From NCBI GenBank assembly GCA_009103225.1, contig RHPI01002402.1:525099-589098 (forward strand): DNA of 64,000 bases, given 5' to 3'. The notes beneath the pieces are model-generated. The model was given only the letters and a program-made list of their open reading frames with translations. It did not search any database and was not told the origin of the DNA. Origin of the DNA: Chlorokybus atmophyticus (lineage: Eukaryota; Plantae; Mesostigma and Chlorokybus algae). This document shows positions 14,196 to 27,220 of the stretch, one piece after another. The translations under genes were made by a program, and so were the position numbers. The stretch's first letter is position 1; each line of letters begins with the position of its first letter.

Positions 14196-15549
14196 ATGGG
14201 CGGCGGCGGCGGTGGGGCGGAGGACGACGTGGTGATACGGCCTGTGGGTGACGGAGAGGCGGAAAGGGTTTCGTACGTCGTGAACCACGCGTACCGTAGC
14301 GGTGAGCTCGGCGGGGCGGAGGGGCGGAGCTGGGTGGACGACTCGGAACTCATACGGGGCATGCGCACGTCACCGGGAAAGGTCGTGTTGGGGTATCACC
14401 ACAACAAAACAATCACAGTTGATAAAATAGCCCAAAACCAATCTCAACTACCACCAGTACTGTTATTGTTGGAGTTTTCAGAGTTAGAAAGTCTTATGCA
14501 AACAACAATGCATTCGCAGCTCTGGTCTGTTGGCATGTCACCCGCAGTCTGCGTAGACGCACAAGAAGAGCAAAGGAATATAGACCACCGGTGTATTGAG
14601 TATTGGATGTTGTTCAAGTAACCAATCGGTACCGCGAGCATGGAACTGGAGAACTCAACCCGAGAGTGTCACACGATGTTGTTTTCGCCTACGATGTTTC
14701 TGCAACCTGCTGATTAGAACGGGATCGTCAGTTTGCTTTTCATTTGCAGGTAGCTCAGTCCCTGGCGTCCGGTACACTCTTGTTAGTTGCCGTTGAGACA
14801 GCGACCAACACCATCATCGGCTGCATCAAACTGGTACCCAACTCTTTGATTTGACTTGTCTGTCTCCTGCTCTATGGACCCAACCCTCTCCCGTATGACC
14901 ACATGCACATCCCACCCATGCACATCCCACCCACACACGCGCAGGAGCCATACAACACCGGCGACGCAAACGCCAGGACCCGCCCGGCTTCGCTGCGAGA
15001 AAGATCAGAAGAGGGAGACAATGCATCACTGCCGGTTCCGAATTGGGAGGTTGGCATGCTAGCGGTGCTGCCTCGCTGCCAGGTGGGGATGCACTTGCGC
15101 ATGCGTGTGCACGTGTGCCTGCATGTCGGTGTGCATGTGCGCGCATTCGTATCTAAGTGGTGTGCTTGCACGCGCACGCGAATGTGTGCACGCGATGGGA
15201 GTGTTGTTTGTTTGGAGACATGGTGATGCGCGCAGAAGCAAGGGTTGGGGAAGAGGCTGCTGGCGGCTGCGGAGGAGGAGCTGCGCCGGCGGGGTGAGAA
15301 GACCGCCGTGCTCGCGCACATGAGCCATGCCAAGATCACCGGTGAGTTGTGAGGGCGAAGAGACTGCGATACAAGATCATGCTAGTATTGTCATGACAAA
15401 GTTGTGCGTGTGGTGCGCGTGCAGAGTGGTACCAGCGGAGAGGGTACCGGCTCACCGGGGACTCCCTCCCAGCCAATGAGATAGTGGAGAAGAACGGGGA
15501 GGTTGCGCTCGGGGAGGTACGCTTCGTCTATCTTGCCAAGGCGTTGTGA
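14196..15549 (+). CDS. GNAT-family N-acetyltransferase
   Basis: Five exons give ...VVNHAYRSGE...WVDDSELIRGMRT...IIGCIKLEP...EVGMLAVLPRCQKQGLGKRLLAAAEEEL...EWYQRRGY...VRFVYLAKAL*, including the acetyl-CoA motif A (Q-x-x-G-x-G). Confidence 0.92.
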
Positions 15550-16167
15550 GATAGGCCACATTAATGTACTAGTCACTGCAGTCCGGTGACTTGGCGAGAC
15601 TTGACGGAATCCTCAGCGCTGAGATGATGACATCCTTACAGCAACCAATTGTAGTATAGCTAGTATCGGTACTGTTGAGTCAATTATTAATTAGCATCGT
15701 TAGGCTATTCATAAATCTAAGGCCCTCAAACTGCTTGCTTTACTTAGCATGTGTGTACATGCAGCGGTTGACCATGAGAACCTGGTGAGCAGCAGCTGTG
15801 GCCAGAAACTTGTTTGGGGACAATGAGTGCTTTGCATGTGATAGCCTTGACGATATCTACAGCGCGCATTGTTGTGGAAATCTATAAATGTTTTGGAAAT
15901 AACTTCCAGTCATGCTATAAAAATGTCAATGAAGTCTGCATGGCGTGGCTGCATGACCTTGTTGCCAAGCGACATACAACACAGCGCCGTGCTTGAGCAA
16001 TCTTCTAACTAGGCCTGGCCACAATGCACCCTTTCACACACATGTGCGCGTGCATGTGTATGCATGTGCGCCCCATCAACAGAGCAGCAGCACCTCAGTT
16101 AGCACACTCAATAGTCGACTCTGATTTGTGGGCTGATGATTATATTATTGCCAAAACAATTGAAGCG

Positions 16168-17989
16168 CTACGGTATGCACAGATTCCGTGCGTTGGCCAG
16201 ATCCAACTCAGGCGGCCATTCAATCTGTCTCAACTTGATCTCGTACAACAAGGGCCACAATTTTCCCGTGACAAACAGGCGGTCGTTATCCGGGTCCCAC
16301 GCGATGCCGTTGAGCACGTCCGCGTTGCGCGCCCCCCGCTCGCGCTGCATCGCCTCCTGCAACCCATGCAGGAGGATCCACCCAACCACCCGCCCCGTGT
16401 CGGGCGATACACGTGCGATGCAGTCATGCTGCCACACGTTTGCCCAAACCTCCCCGTTGACGAATTCCAACTCGTTTAACCAAGTCACCGCGCGCCCGTC
16501 ATCGTGCACTTGAACCTGTCTCACTTCTGCAACACAACGCGCACATACACGTACACACACAGACGGGACTTTAAGTTCGTGCACAAGGGAGGAAAGAAGA
16601 ACGGAAAAAGAAGAATGAAAAAGCCAATCACCATCCATGTGGTACCTTTGAAGGTGTTTGGGTCTATGAAGTTGAGGGTTGAGCCGGAGTCTGTCAGTAT
16701 GAGTAGAGAACCGTTGTGCGTGAGGCCCCAGCCGTCATTGTAGGGCGTCTGGAAGGTGAATGTCTTCTTCAGCGTGCTGGTCTCGTAGACGAAGCCCGTG
16801 CCCGTCAGCCACGTCAGCTGCAACAGGCGGTCGCGCCAAAGAGTCAGCCCTTCCGCAAAGTACTGAGACGGCACCTTGCTGCATGCGCACAACACCAACA
16901 CGCCACATGTGTGTGTATACATGCGCGTGCAGCCAATACACCGTAGGCATGTTGTGTATGTGCGTATGTGTGCACACGTAGCCATTATACCATAAAAACA
17001 ACTCTTTTCATAGACAATGTGTTGCTTACGTTTGCTTCAGCACTCTTCCGGAGGCGAGTTCAACCTCTCGCACGCTGGAGCGGCCACGCAAGCCCGTGGA
17101 CTCGTACAGGAGCCCATTACCGGCCCAAGCGAGGCCTTGCGTGAATGCGGTGGGATCGTGCTCGTATTGAGCGACCACGTCATATGTATATAGCTTGGGA
17201 GGCCCCTCTACTTGCTGTGCCTGCCCAGTTATAACAACATTGGCACCTCTTGCAGATGAGGCAGTAACGAGAACTGCCTATGCAAGTGTTGCACGCATTG
17301 GCGAAACAAAACTGCCACAAACTAGCGCGTTACGCAATGCCCGATTGGCCTTTGGTATATGCCTTGAAATGCAAACCACTCAGTGTAAGCTTGAACACAT
17401 TGCTTGAGATGATGACGGCAACAACCGGCAGCAAACAGCGTAGTGTGCAATGGACACGTTGCATGGGTGGGCATTGCACTAGGAAATCCACCAAAGCACA
17501 GTGACAGCGAGTTTCTACTTGAATTTGCGGCTACTGTACATGCAAGACATACACAGCGTCAGCATTCTGCTTGCACACACACACTCATTGGCAATGCATG
17601 CGCAGGCAGTGTCGGTGACCATGTAGGCCTACCTGGGACAATCTTCGACGGTCGGCAGCAGCGCTGCGACTCTCCAGCAGTTTTTGCTCTCGTGTACGAA
17701 CGCCATTGGTGGAGTCGGTGGAGACGGAGGCGGAGGTGGAGGCGGAGACGGGATCAGCTTGCGGACCTCCAGGCAGCTGCAAGCGCAGAAGCAGCAGAGC
17801 GGCGGCGACCACTATGACCAGCAGCAATACCAGCGAGCTCTTCCCACCCGGCCTCATCCGGCTTCTCCAAAGTCCAGCAGCCTCAACGACTTCCTTCTCA
17901 GCACCACCACGCACCTCACCGCCTCCTCCTACCCCTCCTCCTCCTCCTCCGCCGCCGCCGCCGCCCCCTCGCCTCCGCCGCGCCCCCAT
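16168..17989 (-). CDS. QCT: Plant/bacterial-type glutaminyl-peptide cyclotransferase with N-terminal membrane anchor
   Basis: Motifs HDPTAFTQGL, LYESTGL, YFAEGLT, LLQLTW, DGWGLT, LTDSGS, LNELEFVNGEVWANVW, VLNGIAWD and LFVTGKLWP across spliced exons. Gly-rich N-terminus followed by a hydrophobic segment. Confidence 0.96.
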
Positions 17990-18706
17990 GCGCCATACTG
18001 AGGCGAACTGCACTGCTCACAAAACCACAATGTCTCATGACTCGCGCTGTTGTTTCACAATATGCTTCTAAACGGGACTAGAGTTGCCTGTATGCTTATT
18101 GGTCTGTAGAGCGACGCACGTGACTGGGGACGGTTATAGGAGCGTGCGGCTGAGGCGTGGCGGCGGCGGCGGCGGCGGCGGCCGACAGAGGAAAAGTACG
18201 AAGAGTTAGACGTGCAGGCGCAGGAGCAGGAGGAGACGACCAAGAAGGCGGACAAGCTTCACAGCTCCCAGAGTGACGACTCTTCCTCCTCCTCCTCCTC
18301 CTCCTCCACCACCATGGTGTCCATGGGTCAGGCCGCCTGGTGGTGGCTCCTCTCCTGGTCTCGGTCGGGCATCCTGGTTGGGCCAGCGGCAATGACGGCA
18401 TCAAGGGGTGGGAGTGGTAGGCTCAGGTTCGCTGCCGCGGTCGCGTCGGGACTGATGGCGATGCTGGCGGGAGGGGAGGGAGCCGCGGGGAGGGTCAAAG
18501 TGTACCCGATGGAACTGCTGGCGTCGCCGACGAGATGAGGAGTGTGGGGGAGGTGTGTGTAACATAATGCGACGCTCTGAGGTGAGGATTGGGGGGGGAA
18601 GGTCTTGCAGTGTTGCCGTTATGTAGTGGTCGCGAGAGAGTTCTCACAAGCAGGCATCGTGCGCAGGGTTGCATTTCCTCTGGAGTGAAAGTGTATTACT
18701 AGAATA

Positions 18707-18740
<34 letters not shown>

Positions 18741-19909
18741 GTCCAAGACAAGCATGACAGCATAGTGGCCCACTTACTACTACTACTACGTACGTACGTT
18801 CCTGGTGGCCAGGATATGGGATGTATGGTACAGCTACCATTGCCGCCGACTACCAATCTGTAACTTTATATACATTGTCCTCTAGATCTTCTTGTATACT
18901 GTTGCTGGATGACAGGGCTAGACAAAGAGCACCTTCTCTGGACGTACTACTACACTAGTTAATGTAGCCAATCCTAACAGCTGCTCCGTTGTTTCTGATT
19001 GTAAGTATACTCAAGTGAGACGCTAGTTACACTCTGCATTGCCGGCTACGCTGCTTGCCACTATCTTTGCATGTGCTGTTGCGCATGCTTTTGGTCTCGA
19101 CACGCTGAGGCTGTCCCCAGACATGTTGTTCAATGCATGCTGTCGTGCGAAAATTTGCGTGTGCATCGCGTTCAACTAAACTGCGCACGTGACAGTCTGC
19201 TCTTTGCAATCATCAGCTGCAGTTACTGCCGTGCACAGCAATGTGCAAAGTTGCATGATAATGATGAGTAAACGCAGAAGGGGTCAAGGCAAGAATCGCA
19301 GCAGTGTGATACTTGTACATCACTCTAAACTGTCATGATTACTGATACATGTCTGATGGCGATGTCGTTCGCAGCTTGCAGCATGCACCGTGCACATCCA
19401 TCCAGCAAAAAGAGTGCTTAAGCGTGCACATGCGCACACACGCCTTGATATCAGCAATAGGCACATAGCCCAGCAGAGCTCGCCAAAAAGTCCTCATGAC
19501 TCCTACAGCTAGACAGAATCAGCTCCAACACACCACACCAAAACACAACATGATGGAACAAGCTGCATAATCATCTTTCTGCAGTGTATGTGATTGCGAA
19601 CGCATTCACACCAGACTCCACAACACAGGAGACACAACACGGAAAGACACGCACGTGAGCACTATGCCGCCCACAGCTTCTCTGGCACACTAACAACCGC
19701 GAGACAATTTATCTACCTGTAACTGTGACTGATTTATCTACGCGCCTGCGCACTGCGCACTGTGGGTCCCTACCCTCATTTTCCAAGCACACAACAACAG
19801 CCGTAATAAATATATCCTAGTGGCTGCTGATCCAGCCGCACCAATTTGACAACGCCCCTCGTGCCACGCACACACATGTGCCCAACCTTATTCGTGATGT
19901 CGGCGCTGC

Positions 19910-21126
19910 TCACGTATGATGTGGCACAGGCTGCAGTTGGCACGGCCGCGCGTGCCGGCCGGTCACTGCATCGCGAGGGGACGGCAGCTGCTGCTGCTGG
20001 TCGTTGATAGACATAGACCCGCCGCCCTCGCACGCCACGCGCTGCACCTTCAATGGCGAGTACTCCAGCCGATGCAGCTCTTCGCCCAACCGCAGCGACA
20101 GCTGAGACAGGTTGTTCTGCCGCACAACCAACACATACGTAAGCAAACAAACGAGGAGGAAGTGATGCGCGCGCGCACATGCGCATCTGTCTATCTGGGT
20201 CTGCATGTATGTGTGTGTGCACGTTGTTGGGTTGTTGCTGACCAGTCTATTGCGGATCTGGCGTAGCATGCTGGTGGAGGTTCGCAGCTCCATCTGAAGG
20301 AACTTTGCTCGCGACTCTGGATCAATAGGCTCCTGCTGCACCAGCCGCTGATGCCTATCCGTTACTGCCCGCGGCTGCCACACACTGGACACCGCGTGCA
20401 CACTCCTGCACGAACACGCCATCTCAGCACTTCGACACAACATTGAACTAACTAACTAACTTCTCCCCTCACCGCAGATGCTCGACGCGGCGCAGCTCGG
20501 ATTTGAGGTTCGACTGCAGTTTCAGCTCGGTCTCGAGGCGGGACTTTAGATCCCGAGTGTCTCGCCATACGGCCATCAGCCTGCTCTGAACCCGCAACAC
20601 TTCGCGCCGATGCCGCATCTGATGCTCACGCAAGTTTCTCCTGTACCTGCACTTATAAGTCGCACAATCAATAAAACAGTGCTGCAGTCACACTGATACA
20701 TACAGTGGCAACTTGATGCTAGTGCTTGCGTGCGCATACATACACACGCAAGTACAGCAAGCATGGCGTGTGTGCGCGCGTGCGTGCGGGTCGCTTTGCG
20801 CTAGATCAATGTGCTGACGTTCACAAAGACAAGGAATTGCACTCGTGGTGTTTTTGCGTATGCGCACACAGTCAATTCTCTTCAGTCCCACACCACCACC
20901 CCGTCTCCACTCACTTGATAATGCACTGTTCCCTGTAGCTCCCTCTCCTCCCGCTGGAATTCAACTGCCCCCCTCCCTCCCGCGTCCACAGCGTCCGCCA
21001 CACGCCGTCCTGGCCCGCGAGCTGACAGAACCGCCGGCACGCGATCGAGAAGGCGCACAGGTCGCGGGCGTCGAGGTCGAAGGAGAGGATGCGGAGCCAG
21101 AGCTCGTCGGGGAGGAGGTGGTCCAT
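19910..21126 (-). CDS. SKIP24: F-box protein, SKIP24-like
   Basis: Four exons. N-terminal F-box (LPDELWLRILSFDLDARDLCAFSIACRRFCQLA), a coiled coil, then SVHAVSSVWQPRAV...RAKFLQMEL and ELHRLEYSPLK, which match the plant SKIP24 pattern (VWQPEVV...LEMEMK; KYHPL). Confidence 0.83.
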
Positions 21127-22161
21127 GGGTGTGTATTTGAGATAGGAGGTATTGTCTGCTGAGACGTGGCTGATTGAGTGGTAGTTCACAAACAGCTCGC
21201 AATGTTGATTGCTAGAGGTAGATGGCATGAATTTATTACGACTGCATGGAGTGCTGTAAAGCAAGACCTGCTACCTGCAACCAGTCATGATGACCAGGCG
21301 GCGACAGAGTGTTACAGTGTCAACAGGCATGGCGAGACGTGCTGTGTATATATAACTACACTGTCTCAAACATAGCCTATGACCTGCAGATGCATTCTGC
21401 TTATTCATTCTATGGTAGTCAGGACCAGAATCCCGGCATGACCCTATGACAGGCAACGTAGAGCTGATGCTTAGCAACATACTGCTGCAGAGTGCCTCCT
21501 CAACCACGGAGGACAGAAAACAAACTATTGATTGGTTCTGGTGATGGCAAGTGATTAAAGGGCCTCGCAAGTGATCAAAGGGCCAAGTTTGTAGCAGCCA
21601 CCCAGAAACCGAGCGAGAGACAGCTCTATGCTTCTCCCACTCCCACGCCCACCTTCAAGTGACTGTGCTGAGGCCGCCGCCGCCGCCCGCAACACCCCCG
21701 ACGGCAGCAGCCCACACAATAAGAAGCGAAGGTAGGAACACTGCTTGACGAGAAGCAGGCAGCTGATGAGATGGCTGGGTAGCTCCTCGCCTCGCCTCGC
21801 GTCCACACCTCAGCCCCAGAAGACAACAACCTCGCCGCCACCGCCGACCACGCCGCCGGCCTTGTGCGCGCGCGTGTGTGTGTGTTGCGTTTTGTTTGTT
21901 TCCTGCTGCGTATCAGGCTGACGTGACCTACTACTGTATGGTTCACATTATTGGTGAACAAATGGTTTCACTCCGACGGGGAACCCGGTGAGTCACTCAC
22001 ATCAGTGATGGATGCATTTCACTGCTTGTTTCAGTCAATCCATCCAGTGAAACACTGGTTCAATGTCAACAGTGTCTCCAGTGAACCAAGTAGGCAATCA
22101 AAGAAAAAGTCTCTGCCAACGTGGCTGGTCGGTGAGAGAGCTTTCCACGTCACCGTCCAGC

Positions 22162-24605
22162 ATGGCGGCGGCGCTGACGGCGTCGGTGCCGTCCACATGC
22201 ACGACAACCTTCTCGATGAGCTCTGCAACTGGCCTTGCTGCAGGACTTGGGAGGAGCAGGCTGTCGCCATCACTGAACACCAGCGTACGCAGCGGCGCTG
22301 GAAGACAGGCAGCTTTCACACCCGTCAGGTGCTTTCAGGTAAAATTCCATGTGGGGTATGGTTTGCCAGCATTGGCTCGTGAATGCATGCTTGTTGGTTG
22401 CCATAAGCGTTAGGGTACGAGCTCGAAGGGGCGAAAGTCTTGAGGCTGACACTGCATGGTAGCATGCAGCTTCTGGCTTCTCAGCTTGCGTTGGCCTATG
22501 TGTAGAACCGTAGTTCAGAGTTGCAAACCTTCAGCAACCTCAGGCATGCATTCAAACGGTTTGTGGAGCAATTTGGCATGGCTTAGCGGTGCCTCAGCCT
22601 TTCAATCTTGGGTGTCGCACAGCTCAGCTTAGCTCAGCACAGCTCAGCACAGATAGGCACGTAGCACCGAACCAGACAGGACAGTGGTCACATTCGGCAA
22701 TGCTGGGTTTTTTGCTCAATGCTTGTGTACCATCACCAGACCAACGCACTACCGACACTGACGATGATGTTACTGACGCTGATGTTGGTCATGGTCCTCA
22801 GCAGCAGGGTGCCAGAGACAGCGGCGACAGCGACAGCGACACAAATGAGCTTAAGGACGGCGAGTTCGATTCGGAGTCGCACGCGGCGTTCCGCTCGCCG
22901 GCTTTCCGGGGCAGAGGGGGCAGGGCTGAGGCGGACTCCGCTGCGTGGCGGGGGAGGAGGAATGCTGCTGATCCTCGGAGGGATGAGAACAGGGGGAATG
23001 TGTTCAACTTCAATGACGGCAATGCCAAGCTGCTGCGCGCGCTGGCTGTGCAGGGATGGAGGAGCGTCGCACCACTTGCGCAGGAGTTGATTGAGCCCTG
23101 GCTTCAACTCCCTCCACCAGCCTTGACAGGTGTAAGGTTGATGACCGTGGATACCCACACGAGTACAATGTGACTCGTACACGTGGGAGCATGCAGGCAC
23201 ACATGTGTAACCCTCTTTGTTGGGTGCAGACACTGTGAGGCCGGAGTTGTTGGGGGATGTTGACAGCCGGTGGGTTGACGTGTTGGGCTCGCGTGTTCAC
23301 TACAAGGAGACGGGGAGGGGTGCGGACCCGGACAAGCCCGCTCTCATCTTGTTGCATGGCTTCAGCGCTAGGTAGGGCGTCCGTGCCATGTCTCTTACAT
23401 GGCAAGCATTTTGCGGCTATGACAATCACTTATATAGTACCACGTCGATTCCAATGCAGCACCTTCTCCTTTCGCTCTGTCATGGAGCCTCTCAGCCGCC
23501 TGCATGGCGGCACGCGCGTTATAGCTTTCGACCGACCACCATTTGGCCTTTCCAGCAGGTTTGACTTGCTGCATCTCCTTGTTATTATTATGTGTACACG
23601 ATCATAAACACTTATACTCTGACTTCTGTTAAAGCAGAGGTTGGGACTGGCCGACAGACAGTTTGACACCGAGCCCGCTCACCCAAGAGGGCGCTGCGCA
23701 GCTGACCATTGCTCTTCTCGGTGCCCTAAAAGTGAAACGGGCAGTGCTGCTCGGGTGCGTACTTGTGGATTGCACTATCACTCGTGCTATTTACAGCAGC
23801 TTGTACTGGCGACACAACTACTGATTGCGCAAACCAACATGTTGCGCGCATGGGCAGACACTCAGCTGGTGCGCAAGTGGCCGTGGATGCCGCCGCCATA
23901 GCACCAAGCCGCATTTCGGGTTTGATTCTGGTTGCGCCAGCCGTGGCGATCGACGAGGGCAGCTTCAAGCTTCCGCCCGCGCCTCTCACCACGCAGCTGC
24001 GGCGGCTTTACCAGCGCGCGTTGCTTAGCCTGCCTGGCATAGGCCTCAACGCCGTCCGTGGACAGGTGTGTGTCTGAGTGTCTTTGTTTGTGAATGCCTA
24101 GTTCATACTCGTGTATTGCGGCTTCTTCATCACTCCTGTCAACGCAGCTGAGGCGAAGGCGGTCTGCGTTGGAGAGTGGAGGCCATGAAGAGTTTGGGTA
24201 TAACAGCACCACCGGTGCTGTTGAGGCGGAGGTTGTAGAAGGGTACACGCGCCCCATGCGCGCGCACGACTGGGACAGAGGCTCCCTGGCGTTGTTCCAG
24301 CAGTTCCTAACTCGCCCGCCACAGCCTCCGGACTTTGACTCAATCACAGCACCCGGTGAGTACATGCCATTGAGACATTGCAACAGCAGAAAAGACACAC
24401 TCACTCTCATGTGTGCCATTTCCCAGCGTTAGTGCTGCAAGGTGAGCAGGACCGCGCGGTGCCCGTTGCGTGGGCCAAGAAGCTATCGGGAGCGCTCAAA
24501 AGCTCTGTTGTGTACAAAGAGTTGCCGTCCTGCGGCCATTGCCCTGCAGAAGAGCAGACTGAGGAGACGGTCAAGGCGATCGATGAGTTCCTTGCCGCGT
24601 TGTAA
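22162..24605 (+). CDS. Alpha/beta hydrolase (Abhydrolase_1/6-like), possibly plastid-targeted; 5' exon structure uncertain
   Basis: LLHGFSAS, AFDRPPFGLS, nucleophile elbow GHSAG, QGEQDRAVP (Asp) and CGHCPAEE (His) across seven phase-consistent exons from ~22740 to 24605. Exon 22162-22338 reads like a Ser/Thr/Ala/Arg-rich transit peptide, but its link to the next exon is unresolved. Confidence 0.88.
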
Positions 24606-25335
24606 ACACATGTACACTGTGACGTTGTAACATTAGTTTGTTGAATCTGTTAAATGCTCCATGTAAGCTTGGTATTCCTGGGCTGGAACTCTGTAACTCT
24701 ACTTATTGTCGCAGCCATGATGCGACGTTTGTGACGGTCAGTGACCTACTACTCTGCTGCGTGGACTATGTGAGGGCCTGCTGGCAGGTCACAGCACCTG
24801 TGCCTGAAGTGGTTTCCCTGCAGGTGTAACACCTGTCCACTGTGTACACATATCTCCAAAATTATTATTCTAGTTATTCTAGTTATAATAAATGCCTTGC
24901 ACACATGTGTATGCAACCTATGTACATATGATTTGCACCCATCACCATGCTGGTATTTGTTGGTTGACGAATAACAGTAACAGCAAGTAACGTCTGGCAG
25001 CAGTGCCAGCCATCACATAGTTTTTGTAAGTACTGAAGGTTACCGACATGCAAGCTGCTTGCGACCTAAACTTCAAGCCAGCCCTGCTGCTTAAGCCAGA
25101 GCTGCCTGACATGTAGTAGTCGCGCACCACATGATATACAGTATCAAACCCACTCCCACAACACCATTTTTGCGCACCTTGGTCGCAGCAAACATTGACA
25201 TGGCTTTTTTAGAACATGCAACACAAACACATTTGAGGCTCCACTGTTCACCAGTGCATAGCGACAAATGTGCAAGGACAGTGGATCACCTGCTAACAAC
25301 ACTCGCGGGAGAATACATGCAACCAGGTGCATAAG

Positions 25336-26302
<967 letters not shown>

Positions 26303-27220
26303 CGGCCCGGCCTACTTGTACAACGCGCGTGCGGCGGCATCAGCAGTGTGCGTTACCAAGCTGATCTGCGCCTTGTTGCATGCACTCTGTAAGGGAAGCT
26401 GTGGCAGATGCCGCCGAACAATTCCCTCTGATAAACGCTCAGCACGACGCTAGCGATCGTTTTTCAAGTCAGCCGTGGTGAACGCCCCATCCCAAGTGGA
26501 CTGTGCTCCTGGACAGCAATGCTGCCTCAGCTGCATGGCATAAGATGTTTGCGTGTGCCATGCCAGCGCCGCTTGGAGCAACACACAAGCAATTCTCGGC
26601 TCTGGCCACGCTGCCCACCCCCTAACTGAAAGAACAACCTCTGCGGGTGGGCGGCATCCTACTCTTCTCACTCCAAACAATGGACAAGTAGCACAAGCAA
26701 CAGACAAGTGGCATCCTACTAAAAAGTACGCATAGTGAACACCAACGCCGACAACGACCGTGGTATCACAACCAAGCACAGCTACCTACACTAGCGTAAC
26801 ACAAGACACGCCTAGTCTTTGGCGAAACGAGAAAAACCACAACATTGCAGCGGCTCAAAGCAAAGTAACATGCGCGTAGTGCAAGCCAAGAAAAGAATGG
26901 TAGCAGATGTCCATACAGCATACAATCTGCACCTGAACTGCTGGCGAGAGCGTGCTGTGCTGCGCTGTGCTGTGCGCGTGCGTGGACGCCGCTTCGTCAA
27001 CTTACCGACCAGCACGTGCAATGCCAATGTGCCTCCAGCGGTAACGTCCGGCATCCAACAACAAACACCACTCCTGCCTGCCTTCACAGTAGCCTTGCAC
27101 TCTCAAAGCAGCTCTGCCGGAAAGCGCACGCTGCGGCGCATATAGCGTCTCCGCAGCCGGGCATCCCGAAACAGGGTTTTCGCATGCTGGATGCAACTTG
27201 ACGTTGTAGCTGTCGTCATC

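Noticed and set aside
18096-18540. GC-rich low-complexity ORFs on both strands
   Set aside because: No ATG-initiated coherent frame, no splice chain and no domain; more likely the promoter/UTR island of QCT.
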